Origin: Eremomyces bilateralis CBS 781.70
Taxonomy: Eukaryota
Assembly (NCBI GenBank): GCA_010015585.1
Contig: ML975155.1
Direction: 5' to 3' (one strand)
DNA: 64,000 nucleotides
Position 1 is the first letter of the stretch; each line of letters begins with the position of its first letter. Positions 1 to 10,796 of this stretch are shown one piece after another. Position numbers and translations under genes: made by a program. The notes below the pieces were generated by a model. That model saw only the letters and a program-made list of their open reading frames with translations, did not search any database and was not told the DNA's origin.

Positions 1-2112
1 TCACAACGCCTCCTGGTCGGTGCGATTCTATAGCGGAAGGATGACGGACGCTCTCGACTCCGATGGGGCTTTCGATCGATTTATCCAACGGGAGTGAGGG
101 AGGACACGCACTCGGCAGTGGATGCTGAATACACCACTAACTAACGGTTATCGTTTATCTAAGTCACAGTCCGTTGGTGTTTTGGAAGAACCGTACTAGT
201 GGGACGCGGATCTATTTGACTTCTACGGAGTACATTTATTCGGCTCTTGATTGATTGCAGCATTTTACATTTATGTGCCGAGCATCTTCCCCCTACTGGT
301 ATACGGACCCAGCTTTCACCATTCGCGATCTGCAACGAGTGTCAACTAGCATCTTCCTATGGGCATCCTCCCCAAAGTTTCAGCGATGATCTTTCCGGTC
401 GAGACTTCGTTTGACTCCTTGGAGTTTGGCTCAATTGAAGTCCATATTTCCCCGCGAATAGTCTCCTTGATGTGGACCGTGTACCGTGGAGTTAAACTGC
501 CGATTCCATAATTACTTCCTCATTCATTCGGATTGTCGAACCTAGCGATTTGATTCTATGATTTCCACGTCTTTCCATCATCAGTCTATCAATGGTCAAC
601 CAAACACGAAAGTGTCAGTCCTCATTCTGCCCTGTGAAACCCCTGGTGTGAATTGTGATGGTGTCGGACCATGTTCCCAGCACTCTGGCCGCGGACGGCC
701 GGACCGCCCTGTTTTTTTCTGCTATGGGCAACGGTCCCCACGCTTGCAAACGCCACCGGGTCACCAGCGCCATGGGACGGAAACTCCATGACTTGCCAAA
801 TCGGCATCAATCTGGGCGCCTTATGGGGGTGTCATTTAGGCGGCTGTCATTTATGCGACAAGGGCACATAGGAGAGGAACCGAGGCGAGGAGAGATCGAA
901 TGGATTGTTGTCGTTAGAGATCTAGTATGACCACATCCAGTTGATGAACATGCAATTGGACGAGCAAGCGATGTCGGGAACTACGGTATTTTTCCGGGGA
1001 ATGAACATCTCCTGCCTGTCCTAACTCGTAGGCCTTGAAGTTCCCGAAGAGGAATTCCTGCTGGCCGATGAGCCAGGTTCCGATACTCCGGGCTAGTGAA
1101 AGGAATAATTCCTGGAAATGGACCAATATTTTCCGTATTGCCCCTTAATGATGGCTGATTATCCGGCATATGAGTTCGGGTTGAGTCTTTACTAACGATC
1201 TTGGCTGGGTTGCCTTGCAACGATTCCCCTGGTATAACCACTGTACTGGAGCGGGAACGAGTTTAATAGAACCCCAACGACAGCCGCGAGCTCTAGGACC
1301 TAGGTAGATGGGAGTTGGCGTTATCAGAGCCACGTCACTGATGTCACGTATGATGTATGATGTACTGATGTCAGTCACTCAGTACTCAAGCTAGACCAGG
1401 ACCCGTCATTCTCTATTTGTACTCCAGCATTCAAGCGAGCCGGCCTCCTCGGAGCATCTGCTTTTTAACCGTCCAAGGGTACAGGTAGCAACTGCATGTG
1501 CCTGTAATGGAGGACACGTCCCCTGTCAAGTCAAGCTCGATACTAATACGCCGGAATTCCCATCCCCATTCGTCCGTTGCTTGCCATCTCAATCGACATA
1601 ATGATTTTCATGTTTTGCTCTTCATTGTCCCATACAGTCTTCTTTCCATCTCTCCGCTGGTGCTGGTAAACCCCAAGAACCCTCCCCATCATGGGGCTTG
1701 TCTCCCCAAACAGCATTCTGCAACCGTAAAGGCTTCCCGTGACCGCTTTCGCTGGAGATCAACGTCTAGGTTGGCTGAAAAGTCTCCTTCATGCACCCGT
1801 TGGTGTCCTGTGATCGGTTAGACCCAGTCATGTAGAAATGGGAATTGCAATGCGTACCTTTGAATTGAGTCGACCAGTGAGCAGCAAAACCCATGCTCTG
1901 TAACAATATCCATGCAGTGCATAATACAAGCATCCCTAAAGCCGCAAAACATCCTCTTCCATCGTGACAAACCCATGTTCTCACTGGGATAATCGAACAA
2001 GCGAATATCGCTCCGCGTAACAAAACATGCCTGCTCGCAGCGATTCAGCGTTGAGAGGCTCAATTATTCGTGTATTCTGGATCCATGGTATTAACGCCTT
2101 CAATCCGGCGAA

Positions 2113-2949
2113 TCATCCCTGCGGCATCGCTCTCTCGCCCCGCTGGTCCCTCCGAATCTGCTGCCGCTCGTTATAGATATCGCGCGACGTGATATGCATA
2201 TCCGGATAATCCTGCTGTAAAATCGCCAGCGTGCGCGCCGTGCTGTACCCCGCCTCCTGCAGCTCCAAGATCCGCATCTTGATCTCCGCGGTGCGCTCGC
2301 GGCGGCGGTGGTTCGGCATCGTGGTCGGATGCGACGGCTGGTGGTCGTGGTAGACGCTCTGCAGGCGCTCCTGATGCTTGACGAGCCAGCGGCAGTGCTG
2401 CGGGTCGTTGCGGTCCTCGGCGCACACCCAAACGCCCATGGGGCAGTTGGATTTCTGGGAGCCGCGCTTGGTGCGGCGGCGTTCCTCCGGCTTGAGCTTG
2501 CGGGTGTTCTTCGACTTGGAGCAGCGCGTGCATCGGAGGAGGTAGCGGTAGAGCAGCTTGTCGCGCTTCGTCTTCACCGGCTTGGACTTGGAGACGTCGT
2601 AGCCGTGCGCTTTGGTCCAGGAGTGGATCGCCTCGATCGCGTCCTCCATGGAGTCGTAGTAGGCTTCGGGGGGAGGTGCGAGGGCAGACCAACCGGGCGG
2701 AAGGGGTGGTAGCGAACCGAAATCATCGGGGAGTTGGACAGGCGGTGCGGGTTCGGAGGTGGGAGGGGAGTATTCGGTCACTGGATGCGTCGCATCGGGC
2801 TCATCCTCGTGGTTCGGTGGCTGAGGAGGGATAGGGTAGATCGAATCCTGTTTGTCCAGGGCATTTTGCTGGTTTAATGCCTCGAGGACATCGGCTAGTG
2901 AAGCATGTGTCGGAGAGGTCGGTCGAGCCAGGTCTGATAGATAGTTCAT
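2113..2949 (-). CDS. FAR1-like (WRKY/GCM1-fold, Mutator-transposase-derived) DNA-binding protein, intronless, 278 aa
   Basis: Pro-rich N-terminus, then YDSMEDAIEAIHSWTKAHGYDV...YLLRCTRC...SQKSNCPMGV...HDH and a helical segment ending ITSRDIYNERQQIR, the pattern of the N-terminal domain of fungal MULE transposases. No DDE domain follows. Confidence 0.75.
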   Translation of the reverse strand: MNYLSDLARPTSPTHASLADVLEALNQQNALDKQDSIYPIPPQPPNHEDEPDATHPVTEYSPPTSEPAPPVQLPDDFGSLPPLPPGWSALAPPPEAYYDSMEDAIEAIHSWTKAHGYDVSKSKPVKTKRDKLLYRYLLRCTRCSKSKNTRKLKPEERRRTKRGSQKSNCPMGVWVCAEDRNDPQHCRWLVKHQERLQSVYHDHQPSHPTTMPNHRRRERTAEIKMRILELQEAGYSTARTLAILQQDYPDMHITSRDIYNERQQIRRDQRGERAMPQG

Positions 2950-3375
2950 GATGAGCAGGCTCGAGGTTTAAGATGACCTTGAGGTTGATTGGGAGCGCCG
3001 GTGGACCGGTGGTTAACGAGGACCTCGGTGTTGAATCTGCTTATGACGGCCGAACGACCTCCTTGTTTCTCGTAGTCTTCCTCTAAAGAACTCTCAGTAT
3101 CGATCACGATTGCTGTCTTGGAACAGGAGTAGAAATTCCCGTTGGCTTACCGAAGAAGGACCGGTGCTTTGGGACTGGGCTGGACCCTTGTCCACGATTG
3201 ACACCCCGCCCTCCTCTCTAGTCTGAAGATTGGAGACGTCAGTCGTACTTCTCTGCTGCCTTCAGGTTGATATGAGATATCAGTTCATATCAATTCCTCG
3301 TATTTAAAAGAATTGGCCTCCCTTTGGAATAGCCGAACAAGTCCATTCCTTTTCTAAATCCAAACAACACCTACT

Positions 3376-4091
3376 ATGTCTGGCTACGAAGGTAGGTACC
3401 TCGTCGTTCTCATAGCATTCAAGTATATGGCTAAGTCCTCCATAGAAGAGCACAACATCCCTAGGGGAGAAACGACCCGCGCTCCCCAGAACCGGCGACC
3501 CGATCTCTCGACCTTCTACTCCAACCTCGAGCAGATCGACACCTCCGGCGAGCACACGCCGCACACGAACCGCCATGCCCAACCCCTCCCGCAGGACGTC
3601 TCCGCCGCCTTTCGCAACCTGGCCGACTTCATGCGCATCACCATGGGCAGTAGCGGGGACGATTCGGATCCCGAATGGCAGCAACTGATGCTGCGGTTCC
3701 TCGTGTCGATGGAGCGCGATCCGCCGAAGGAGGTGCAGGGCGTTCCGGATAACTTTCTCGACGAGCTGGAGCGCGTTCCGAAGTCGAGACTGAAGAAGTC
3801 GCAGGACTGTCCGATTTGCGGGAATCCCTTTTTGGATGGTATGTTGCGTTGATTTCTGCCCGATTCTTTCGGCGAATGCGCTGGATCCATGCTGATGATT
3901 ATCCAGATGAATACCCATTGGTCGTTCGCCTTCCATGCCATAAAGACCACCTTTATGACCTGGACTGCATTCGTCCGTGGTTGAAAGTCAACCCCACTTG
4001 TCCTTTAGATCGGAAGGAATTATTAAAGAAGAAGCCTCCGCCACCTCCGGTAGACGACGACGATGGCGAATGGGATGACTATTACGCTTGA
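3376..4091 (+). CDS. RING-H2 finger protein (probable E3 ubiquitin ligase), 3 exons
   Basis: Exons 3376-3391, 3446-3838, 3907-4091 with GT..CTAAG/CTGAT..AG introns. Spliced product has CPIC...LPCHKDHLYDLDCIRPWLKVNPTCPLDR. Confidence 0.9.
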
Positions 4092-4238
4092 AGACGATTG
4101 ATTCACGAGGCCATGAGACGACCGTTATCTATTCTAGAACCCAATTAACCTCCATTTGCTCCATAAACCGCCGAAAGTCACACGCCATGCCCCCTAATTG
4201 GAACTCCCCGTTGCCAACCAAGCCCTCGACATTCCGAT

Positions 4239-5333
4239 TCAACAGAAGTTTCCCTTCATCTTCGCGAAGAGATGGTCCCTATACACTATCTTCCCATATT
4301 TCGGCGGCTCCCCCGACGCCTTGATGCACGCATCCAGGGGTCTGATGACGGCGTCGAGCGCCGGCTCGAAGAAAAACGGCACGTTGACGCGATACGTGTC
4401 GCCGCGGTGGATCACGCGGTGCGTGGTGCTCTGCCACACGCCGTTGGTCCATCGTTCCATTATGTCGCCGATGGTGACGATGTAGGCGTCGTCGATCGGG
4501 TTGGCGTCGATCCAGGTGCCGTCTTTCAGTTGGACTTGCAGGGCGGCGGCAGTAGCGTCGGCGAGGAGGAGAGTCACGCAGCCGTAGTCTAGATATCGGG
4601 TTAGCGTTTTGCTCATCTCTCGAGGCCGTGTCTAGCAATTCAAGCGATGAAGTCATGAGCTCGTTCACCAACCTGTATGTGCATCACAACTATACTGCTC
4701 CCCATCGTCCCCATCCCCCTCCTTCTCATCCTCCCCATTCTCCTCTCCCTCCTCCGGCAACGACGGATACCCAACTAACCTCAAAACCCACGCCCCTTCC
4801 GTTCCCCCCTCTAACACCCCCACCCCCACCCCCAACCCCAACGCTACCCCCATCGCCCGCACCACCGCCCTCCCCACCCCCCTCACCCTTCCCACATACC
4901 CCTCCACCGCCTCCCGCATCTCCTCGTGCCTTTCCGGCCACCGCTCCCGCCCTTCCAATAACCCATCCGCCGCGCCCCCTCCCCCTTCCCGATATACATC
5001 CACCACTTCCCTCCAACTCCTCCGGCGGCCCACCACGTCCCCCCCTCGCGCCTGGTACCCGCGCACCCCGTCCTCGTCCCCGGCGCCCGGTGCCTGGCGC
5101 GCGATCTGCGCTTTCTCCGCGGGGGAGTTCTCGAGGAAAAAGCGGCGGGCAAGGGAGAGGAGGTGGGAGGTGGTGGCGCGGGGGATGCCGTGGCCGGTGA
5201 GGTAGAAGGCGCCGTGGGTGCGGCAGGCGGCGGCGAGGTGGGCGGCGATGTGGGCGCGGGAGTCCGGGGAGGCTTTCCAGGTGAGAAAGGGGGAGATGTC
5301 AATGAGGGGGAGGGGGGGTTTGGTGGTGGGCAT
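4239..5333 (-). CDS. 2-oxoglutarate/Fe(II)-dependent dioxygenase (IPNS/DIOX_N family)
   Basis: LPLIDISPF and ACRTHGAFYLTGHGI DIOX_N motif. HTD(YG) is rejoined across intron 4589-4672. GDIMERWTNG..STTHRV supplies the distal His. Confidence 0.9.
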
Positions 5334-5930
5334 GATATTGTATGGGGAAGCGAGATGGGCGATGTTGGATCGATTGCGGGTTCTCGACGGTGGGTTAATT
5401 GAATGGATCTGTTTGAGACATCTTGAATGGGGTTTCTAGGATAAAAAAGCAAGGCATCTGAACAGGGCAGGTCTGAGTCAGACCATTGACGTGGTGGTGG
5501 TTGAGAGTTGAGGGGATACGATAGAGGGGTCTGTGATCTCCATCTGGTACGACCGGAGATTAATCCATCCAGGACCAATTGTTCGAGGCACGTAGTCACA
5601 CCGAAGATGAGACGTAGCAAGCCCCCACCCAACCGCCGCATGGGATTGATTGAATCACGCTTGCAATTGAGATCAGTGGACAAGGAACAGAAATGAGAGT
5701 CCTCGACCAGGAATGTGGATGTTATGGAGTAGCTTGCATTGCAGGGGGCGCTGTTTTTCTTCACCTTGAGGTGCTATATAAACTCTTTGGTTTAATCCAT
5801 AGCGGATTCCCCAACGCAGGCCATGAAATTACGCACTCATGCTCAACTCTGAACAGGGTATGAGTGTAATGGTACTTTGCCGTCGCCATCAAACATTCAA
5901 GGCGGACAAAGGCTGACCGAGATCCCGTAC

Positions 5931-7399
5931 TCACATGATGACTTCGTTGCAGACGTCCTAGCATAGGTGTTAGCGAAAGCCCGACTTCATAAATCCTTCA
6001 TAACTTACGCGTTTGAGCTCCTTATACGGCAAGCAAACACAATTCTGCACCCGCACTTCATCCTTGATCGTGCACTCCTTCCCCAGAATCGTAATGGCCT
6101 GCACCTTGACCCCGTTCTTGACAATGCTCGTCGTATGGTTGGTGACCGGCGTCGGCGTGCCCTCCACCCGCGCCCACGCGCCCACCTTGCTGTTCCACCC
6201 GACGATGGAATATAAAATGCACGCGTCATGCTTCACCTCCACGTCCTCGAGGACGATCGACTCCTTGATGCGCACGCCCGCACCGATGTTCGCGCGGGGT
6301 CCGATGGACACGTTCGGGCCGAGCTTGGCGGTGGGGTCGACGTGGGCAGACGGGTGGATGAAGACGGGCGGGAGGATGTTGGCGGACGGGGGGGCGAGTT
6401 CCTCAGAGCCGGATTGGAAGGCTTTCTGGAGGTAGAGGGCGTTGGCGGGGACAGCGGAGCCGGCGGTCTTGATCTGGCGCCAGAAATCTTTGGTTTCCAG
6501 AACGAAGAAGGCGTTGCGGTCGGCGAGGTCGGAGAGGATGTCCTGCTCGAGGCGGAGGACGTCGGACTTCTCGCCGTCTTCAAGCTCCTGGTAGTAGGAG
6601 TTGTCGAGGTTCTCGGAGGAGGGGTAGGAGACGAGGCGGGGGCGCTCGGTACGCCGCTGGATGGCGTTGTGGACGGCGGGGAAGATGCAGTTAGTCGAGA
6701 AGAGGTAGACGCCGCAGTTGATCAGGTTGGAGATATGCGATTCCGGCTTCTCCACGTAGTGGAGCACGCGCTTCGTGTGCGGATCGGACACGATGCATCC
6801 GAAGTTCTTCGCCGTGTCGTTGCTCACCCGAGTTCCTAGGATGAGGGCGTCCGCACCCTTCTCCTCGAAGAGTCCGAGCATCTCATTGAGCGGGAACGAG
6901 CAGCACACGTCGGCGTTCAACACGAAGAAGCGAGCAGGGTTCCCCTTGAGGATAGCATCGCGGAAGTGATAGAGCCCTCCAGCGGTGCCTAGCGACTCGT
7001 ATTCCCGCAGGTATTTCACGGTGATGTTCGGGAACGAGTGGGAAGCATCCTTGATGAAGTCTCGGAAGACGGATTCCTCGTAGTATCCAATCAGGAAGAC
7101 CTCCTTGATGTGCTCGACCTTCGCGATGGCTCGCAGACAGTGCTCGATGATCGGGTGACCGGCGACGTCGAAAAGTGGCTGCGGATGGTATCAATTAAAG
7201 TAATCTGTAAATTTTGGGAGCTGTTTGTCACTACTTTTGGTACATCGAGCGAGAGAGGTCTGAAGCGAGTCCCTCTTGAAGGACCGCCTACCTGAGAATC
7301 GTTAGTTATGAGGGTTTGGCCCTATATTTGACTCCGTACCAGAATGACGGCCTTGGTGTTCGGCACAGCTTTCGTCCTTAAGGGGACTTGAAGACTCAT
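5931..7399 (-). CDS. Mannose-1-phosphate guanylyltransferase, GMPPA/alpha-type (nucleotidyltransferase plus hexapeptide beta-helix)
   Basis: Spliced N-terminus [31 protein letters not shown] (introns 7292-7339, 7179-7234), YVEKP, hexapeptide repeats, and a final mini-exon DVCNEVIM* ending at 5931. Confidence 0.93.
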
Positions 7400-7798
7400 G
7401 TTGAAGGTGGGTATATTCTTTGCAGCTGTGGTACTTGTTTAACTGAGGGAATCTAACGTACAGGTACTTAATTGAAGAAAGTTGAATGAGCTGTGCGGAA
7501 CAGCTGTCCTCATCCGCCAAAGTGCGATGCAGTGCAGTAGTGACAAGATGCAGGTGCTCGACTGGGGCAACATTTCCGTTGGTGGCCCCGAGTTGGCGGT
7601 CAAGGCAAGGGAACTGGGTCGAGCCTGCCGGATTGGTGGCCGGGGTCCATGTCTGATGTCACGAGCCCAGCGCACGTGTCAGGGGCAATTCACGACATTC
7701 GAGTCTCGACCGCTCATCAAGAATTCGGGATTCAAGTCCTCAAGTCCACACTCATTCAGTCCGTTCACTTTAGATCTCGCAACGAAAGTGAACGATAT

Positions 7799-7828
7799 CA
7801 ATTCGACTCCAATTCGACTCCAATTCGA
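7799..7828. repeat. Short tandem repeat, 11-bp unit CAATTCGACTC x ~2.7
   Basis: caattcgactc caattcgactc caattcga read directly. Confidence 0.8.
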
Positions 7829-9737
7829 TTGAATTCCGGATCCCTATCAATGATACAACTTAAACAATTGAGTTCATCGTTAATGCTCTACTCCTCCATT
7901 GCTTGATGATTGGTTCTGAGACCTGGCCACTGTAAAAAGATCTATTACTTTTGAAGTCAGATCAAGACTCAGAGTCAGAGGTCTCCTGCAAGCACCTAAA
8001 CACTCATAGACATCCAATCGATGGATGGGATTTCTATGTCTTTATCCGCTCAGATGAAAATTTCAGTTTGGTAGGACTATGGCTGACGGCTGCCTAAGGA
8101 GACAGACAAGCTCAGTTTGGTCATTAATAGAGTGCAGTACCAGTGAGAACCATTCGATTCTCATTACCTTATGCTTCAGCATGCCTGTATGACCTCCACC
8201 TTTCTGGGCTTTTTTCTAGGCTGCTCTTACATTTCATGATGCCCATGGACTTGAATAGGATGAAGTTGATTGCTGTGATTCCTTCTATCGAATTTTTACT
8301 TTTACTTCGTGTTAACACACGGATCTTTCTCACTTTCTACCTTTCCACTCTGAGTCTGGAAATATCTCCCCTCCTCCATATCACTCTGATACTTTCATTC
8401 CCTCTTACCGCACACTCTCACCCTACCTTCATCTCCGTTCAGCTTGGACAACGTCTCACTCACACCTCTTCACTGTTCACACCTTACGAGTTTGTGATCC
8501 TTGAAGAAGGAAACATGCGAGGCCAATCCCATCCCGAGCTAGCTTCGGTGAACGGGGACACTCATCAGCAAAAGTTCGCCCGGTCGCTCAATATCGACGC
8601 GTTTCTTCAACTAACCTGGCATAACTCAAACCCCCCCTCGACATCGCTACCGCCTACTATTGGATGAGGATCCCGCCCGTGGGTGCATTATGCTCCAACT
8701 TCAGGTCAAGAAGAACGCGAGGGAAGGTCCTTGCGGTGCTTCGATGATCTCCATGAAAATTATCTGCGTAAATGCGATGGACGACTCATCTTTGGGGACC
8801 GTATGCTGGACCAGCCGAATTGAGTTTCATAATTGTTGAAAGAAGATCCATGGATGGGAAGATTGGTCTGTTGTGACTAACGTATCAGGAGAAAGTGGGC
8901 TGCCGGTTGAAATAGCGTCGAAGAGATGCCACCGACCGAGTGAAAAGCGTCATGGTGTCAAATCTACCCAACTACGCTAAATCCCCAAAAGGGACGCCCC
9001 CCTAGGAATCTAGGAGAAGGGTAGATATAGCAAGGTTCGACACATGACTCCTGTCATCACTGACTACCCTTTGACACTGTTACCTGCATCTCGTGATGCC
9101 ATCAAGCAAACAGCTGCGTAGGCACCGAAGAAGTACTATGTCCTTTAGCCATTTCCAGATCAGGTGGGCAAGTAGATACAGGTAAAAATATATCCCTTGC
9201 CTCCCTATAGTGGGGGCCGTGGGGATTCTTGTCTACACTGGCTGCTGCTGTCGCGAAAGGTGGGCAGCCAGAGCGTCCCTTCCCATTCAACCGCAACCAA
9301 CCTGAACTCTGCCCCAGAGTGTGAATAGGCCCCTGGGGATGGATAAAAGCGAGACCTCGGTCAGAACATTTATGTCTGCACCTATAACGAGTAGATGGCA
9401 TCATGGCAGTGCAGTCGTGATACCTAGGAAGGGCTGCCTGGACGTCCTGAGATGGTTATATCTGTCTTGCGGAGGCGGACGTCACTGATTCCACTAGATC
9501 GACTCTAAAAGCCTAAAACCATCGGATTCCATTCCAAGAAACGAAAATAACGGATACAAAGACGTACATGAGCGCCCTGACTCTCCGGACGCAACCTCTA
9601 CCTATCTGAGCAGACGTACCCCGCGCCCACCACGGACCTCCACCAACTCAGCTCCTAACTGTCCAAAAAACATCAGGAATGATTCAAAAGCTAGAATAAA
9701 AAGATATAGACAGCATCGTGCAAAAAGACAAAAAATA

Positions 9738-9831
9738 TGGACTAACAGCGAATTGAACACTGGACCTCCCCCATTCGCGCTCGCTCGAAGCGAGATGCTA
9801 AGGGGGCGCTCTACCACTGAGCCACAAGCCC
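9738..9831 (-). tRNA. tRNA-Ala(AGC) with 22-nt intron (9774-9795)
   Basis: GGGCTTG-TG-GCTC-AGTGGTA-GAGC-G-CCCCC-TT-AGC-A-[intron]-T-GGGGG-AGGTC-CAGTG-TTCAATT-CGCTG-TTAGTCC-A. G3:U70 Ala identity pair is present, the intron is at the canonical 37/38 position, and a T-run Pol III terminator lies just downstream. Confidence 0.9.
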
Positions 9832-10796
9832 AATTGATGTAAGACATAGAAATTTCAGGTACATAACATTACGAGCTAGTGGGGTTGAAGGGAGCTAAGC
9901 AGGGATGCTGCTGTCACCAATTTTCTACAGAACATCGAAACGGCCCACACCCTCAGAAGTTCTCAATTCTTTGAACCCCCACGATTTGACCCCCTAATTC
10001 ACGAACGGCCAAGTTTGAGGTACCTATCCGGTATCGCGATTCGATGTTTTCTCCGATCTAGACCATGGGCAAGCCAATGGACAGACTGAATTATCAAATT
10101 ATCTATAGCGTTTTGGCATGGCCCCTCGTGGGAGCAATTGTTAGCACTGTATGGTTGAAATGCGCCTCACATCCGCGCTAAACAGACCGATCCGATTAAG
10201 AGGGATGGAACACAAGCCGCTCATGATCTTTAGATAAAGTGGCAAGGAGCACAACGATTACGGGTTTCGAAGCACAGTCATGTCACAGGTTCCAATAGCA
10301 ACCGATAGCCAAAGGGTAACACGATCAACCATTCTCATTCCTCATCTACCCATATCCCAGCGTGATAGATTCCCCCCATCCAATTCGCATCGTCTATCCA
10401 ATTCTCCCTCTCGACCTCGATCTGCATCCAACTCTCGGCACCCGACTACATCCCCGTACAAGACAATACATTACTCCCAACCCGTGCATGCGACGTATAG
10501 CCAACGCCGACTGTCAAGAACAGAGCCGATGAAAGGTGGCGTTGGGGGTGGAAAGAAGAAGAAAAAAACGAAGAAGGGGTAAGTAAGATCGCCGGCGGTA
10601 CAAAACTCGAACAGGACCGGGGAACAAAGAACACCGTGATCAAAACCAAACCAACCCCCTAAAGATCCGTTCGGGTCGGTCCGGCCCTGTGGACGTGGGT
10701 CGCTTTGCGGCGAAATAGCACAGACAGATAAAGTTACACGCCGCCGCTTTCGGGGCAGACACGCGGCCCGATGAGCGCACTATGTGAGATGATGGA

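Noticed and set aside
558..2063. Numerous short ORFs at the window start
   Set aside because: No consistent frame, codon bias, splice pattern or motif; not supportable as genes.
4628..5200. Poly-proline extensin-like ORF on the plus strand
   Set aside because: Antisense reading of the G-rich 2OG oxygenase exon.
7799..7828. Tandem repeat (also direct repeats near 19341 and 51414) as CRISPR-like arrays
   Set aside because: Only 2-3 short units with no unique spacers, eukaryotic context and no cas genes.
8143..8667. 174-aa ORF in the intergenic region before the tRNA
   Set aside because: Non-ATG start, CT-rich low-complexity sequence, no motif recognised.
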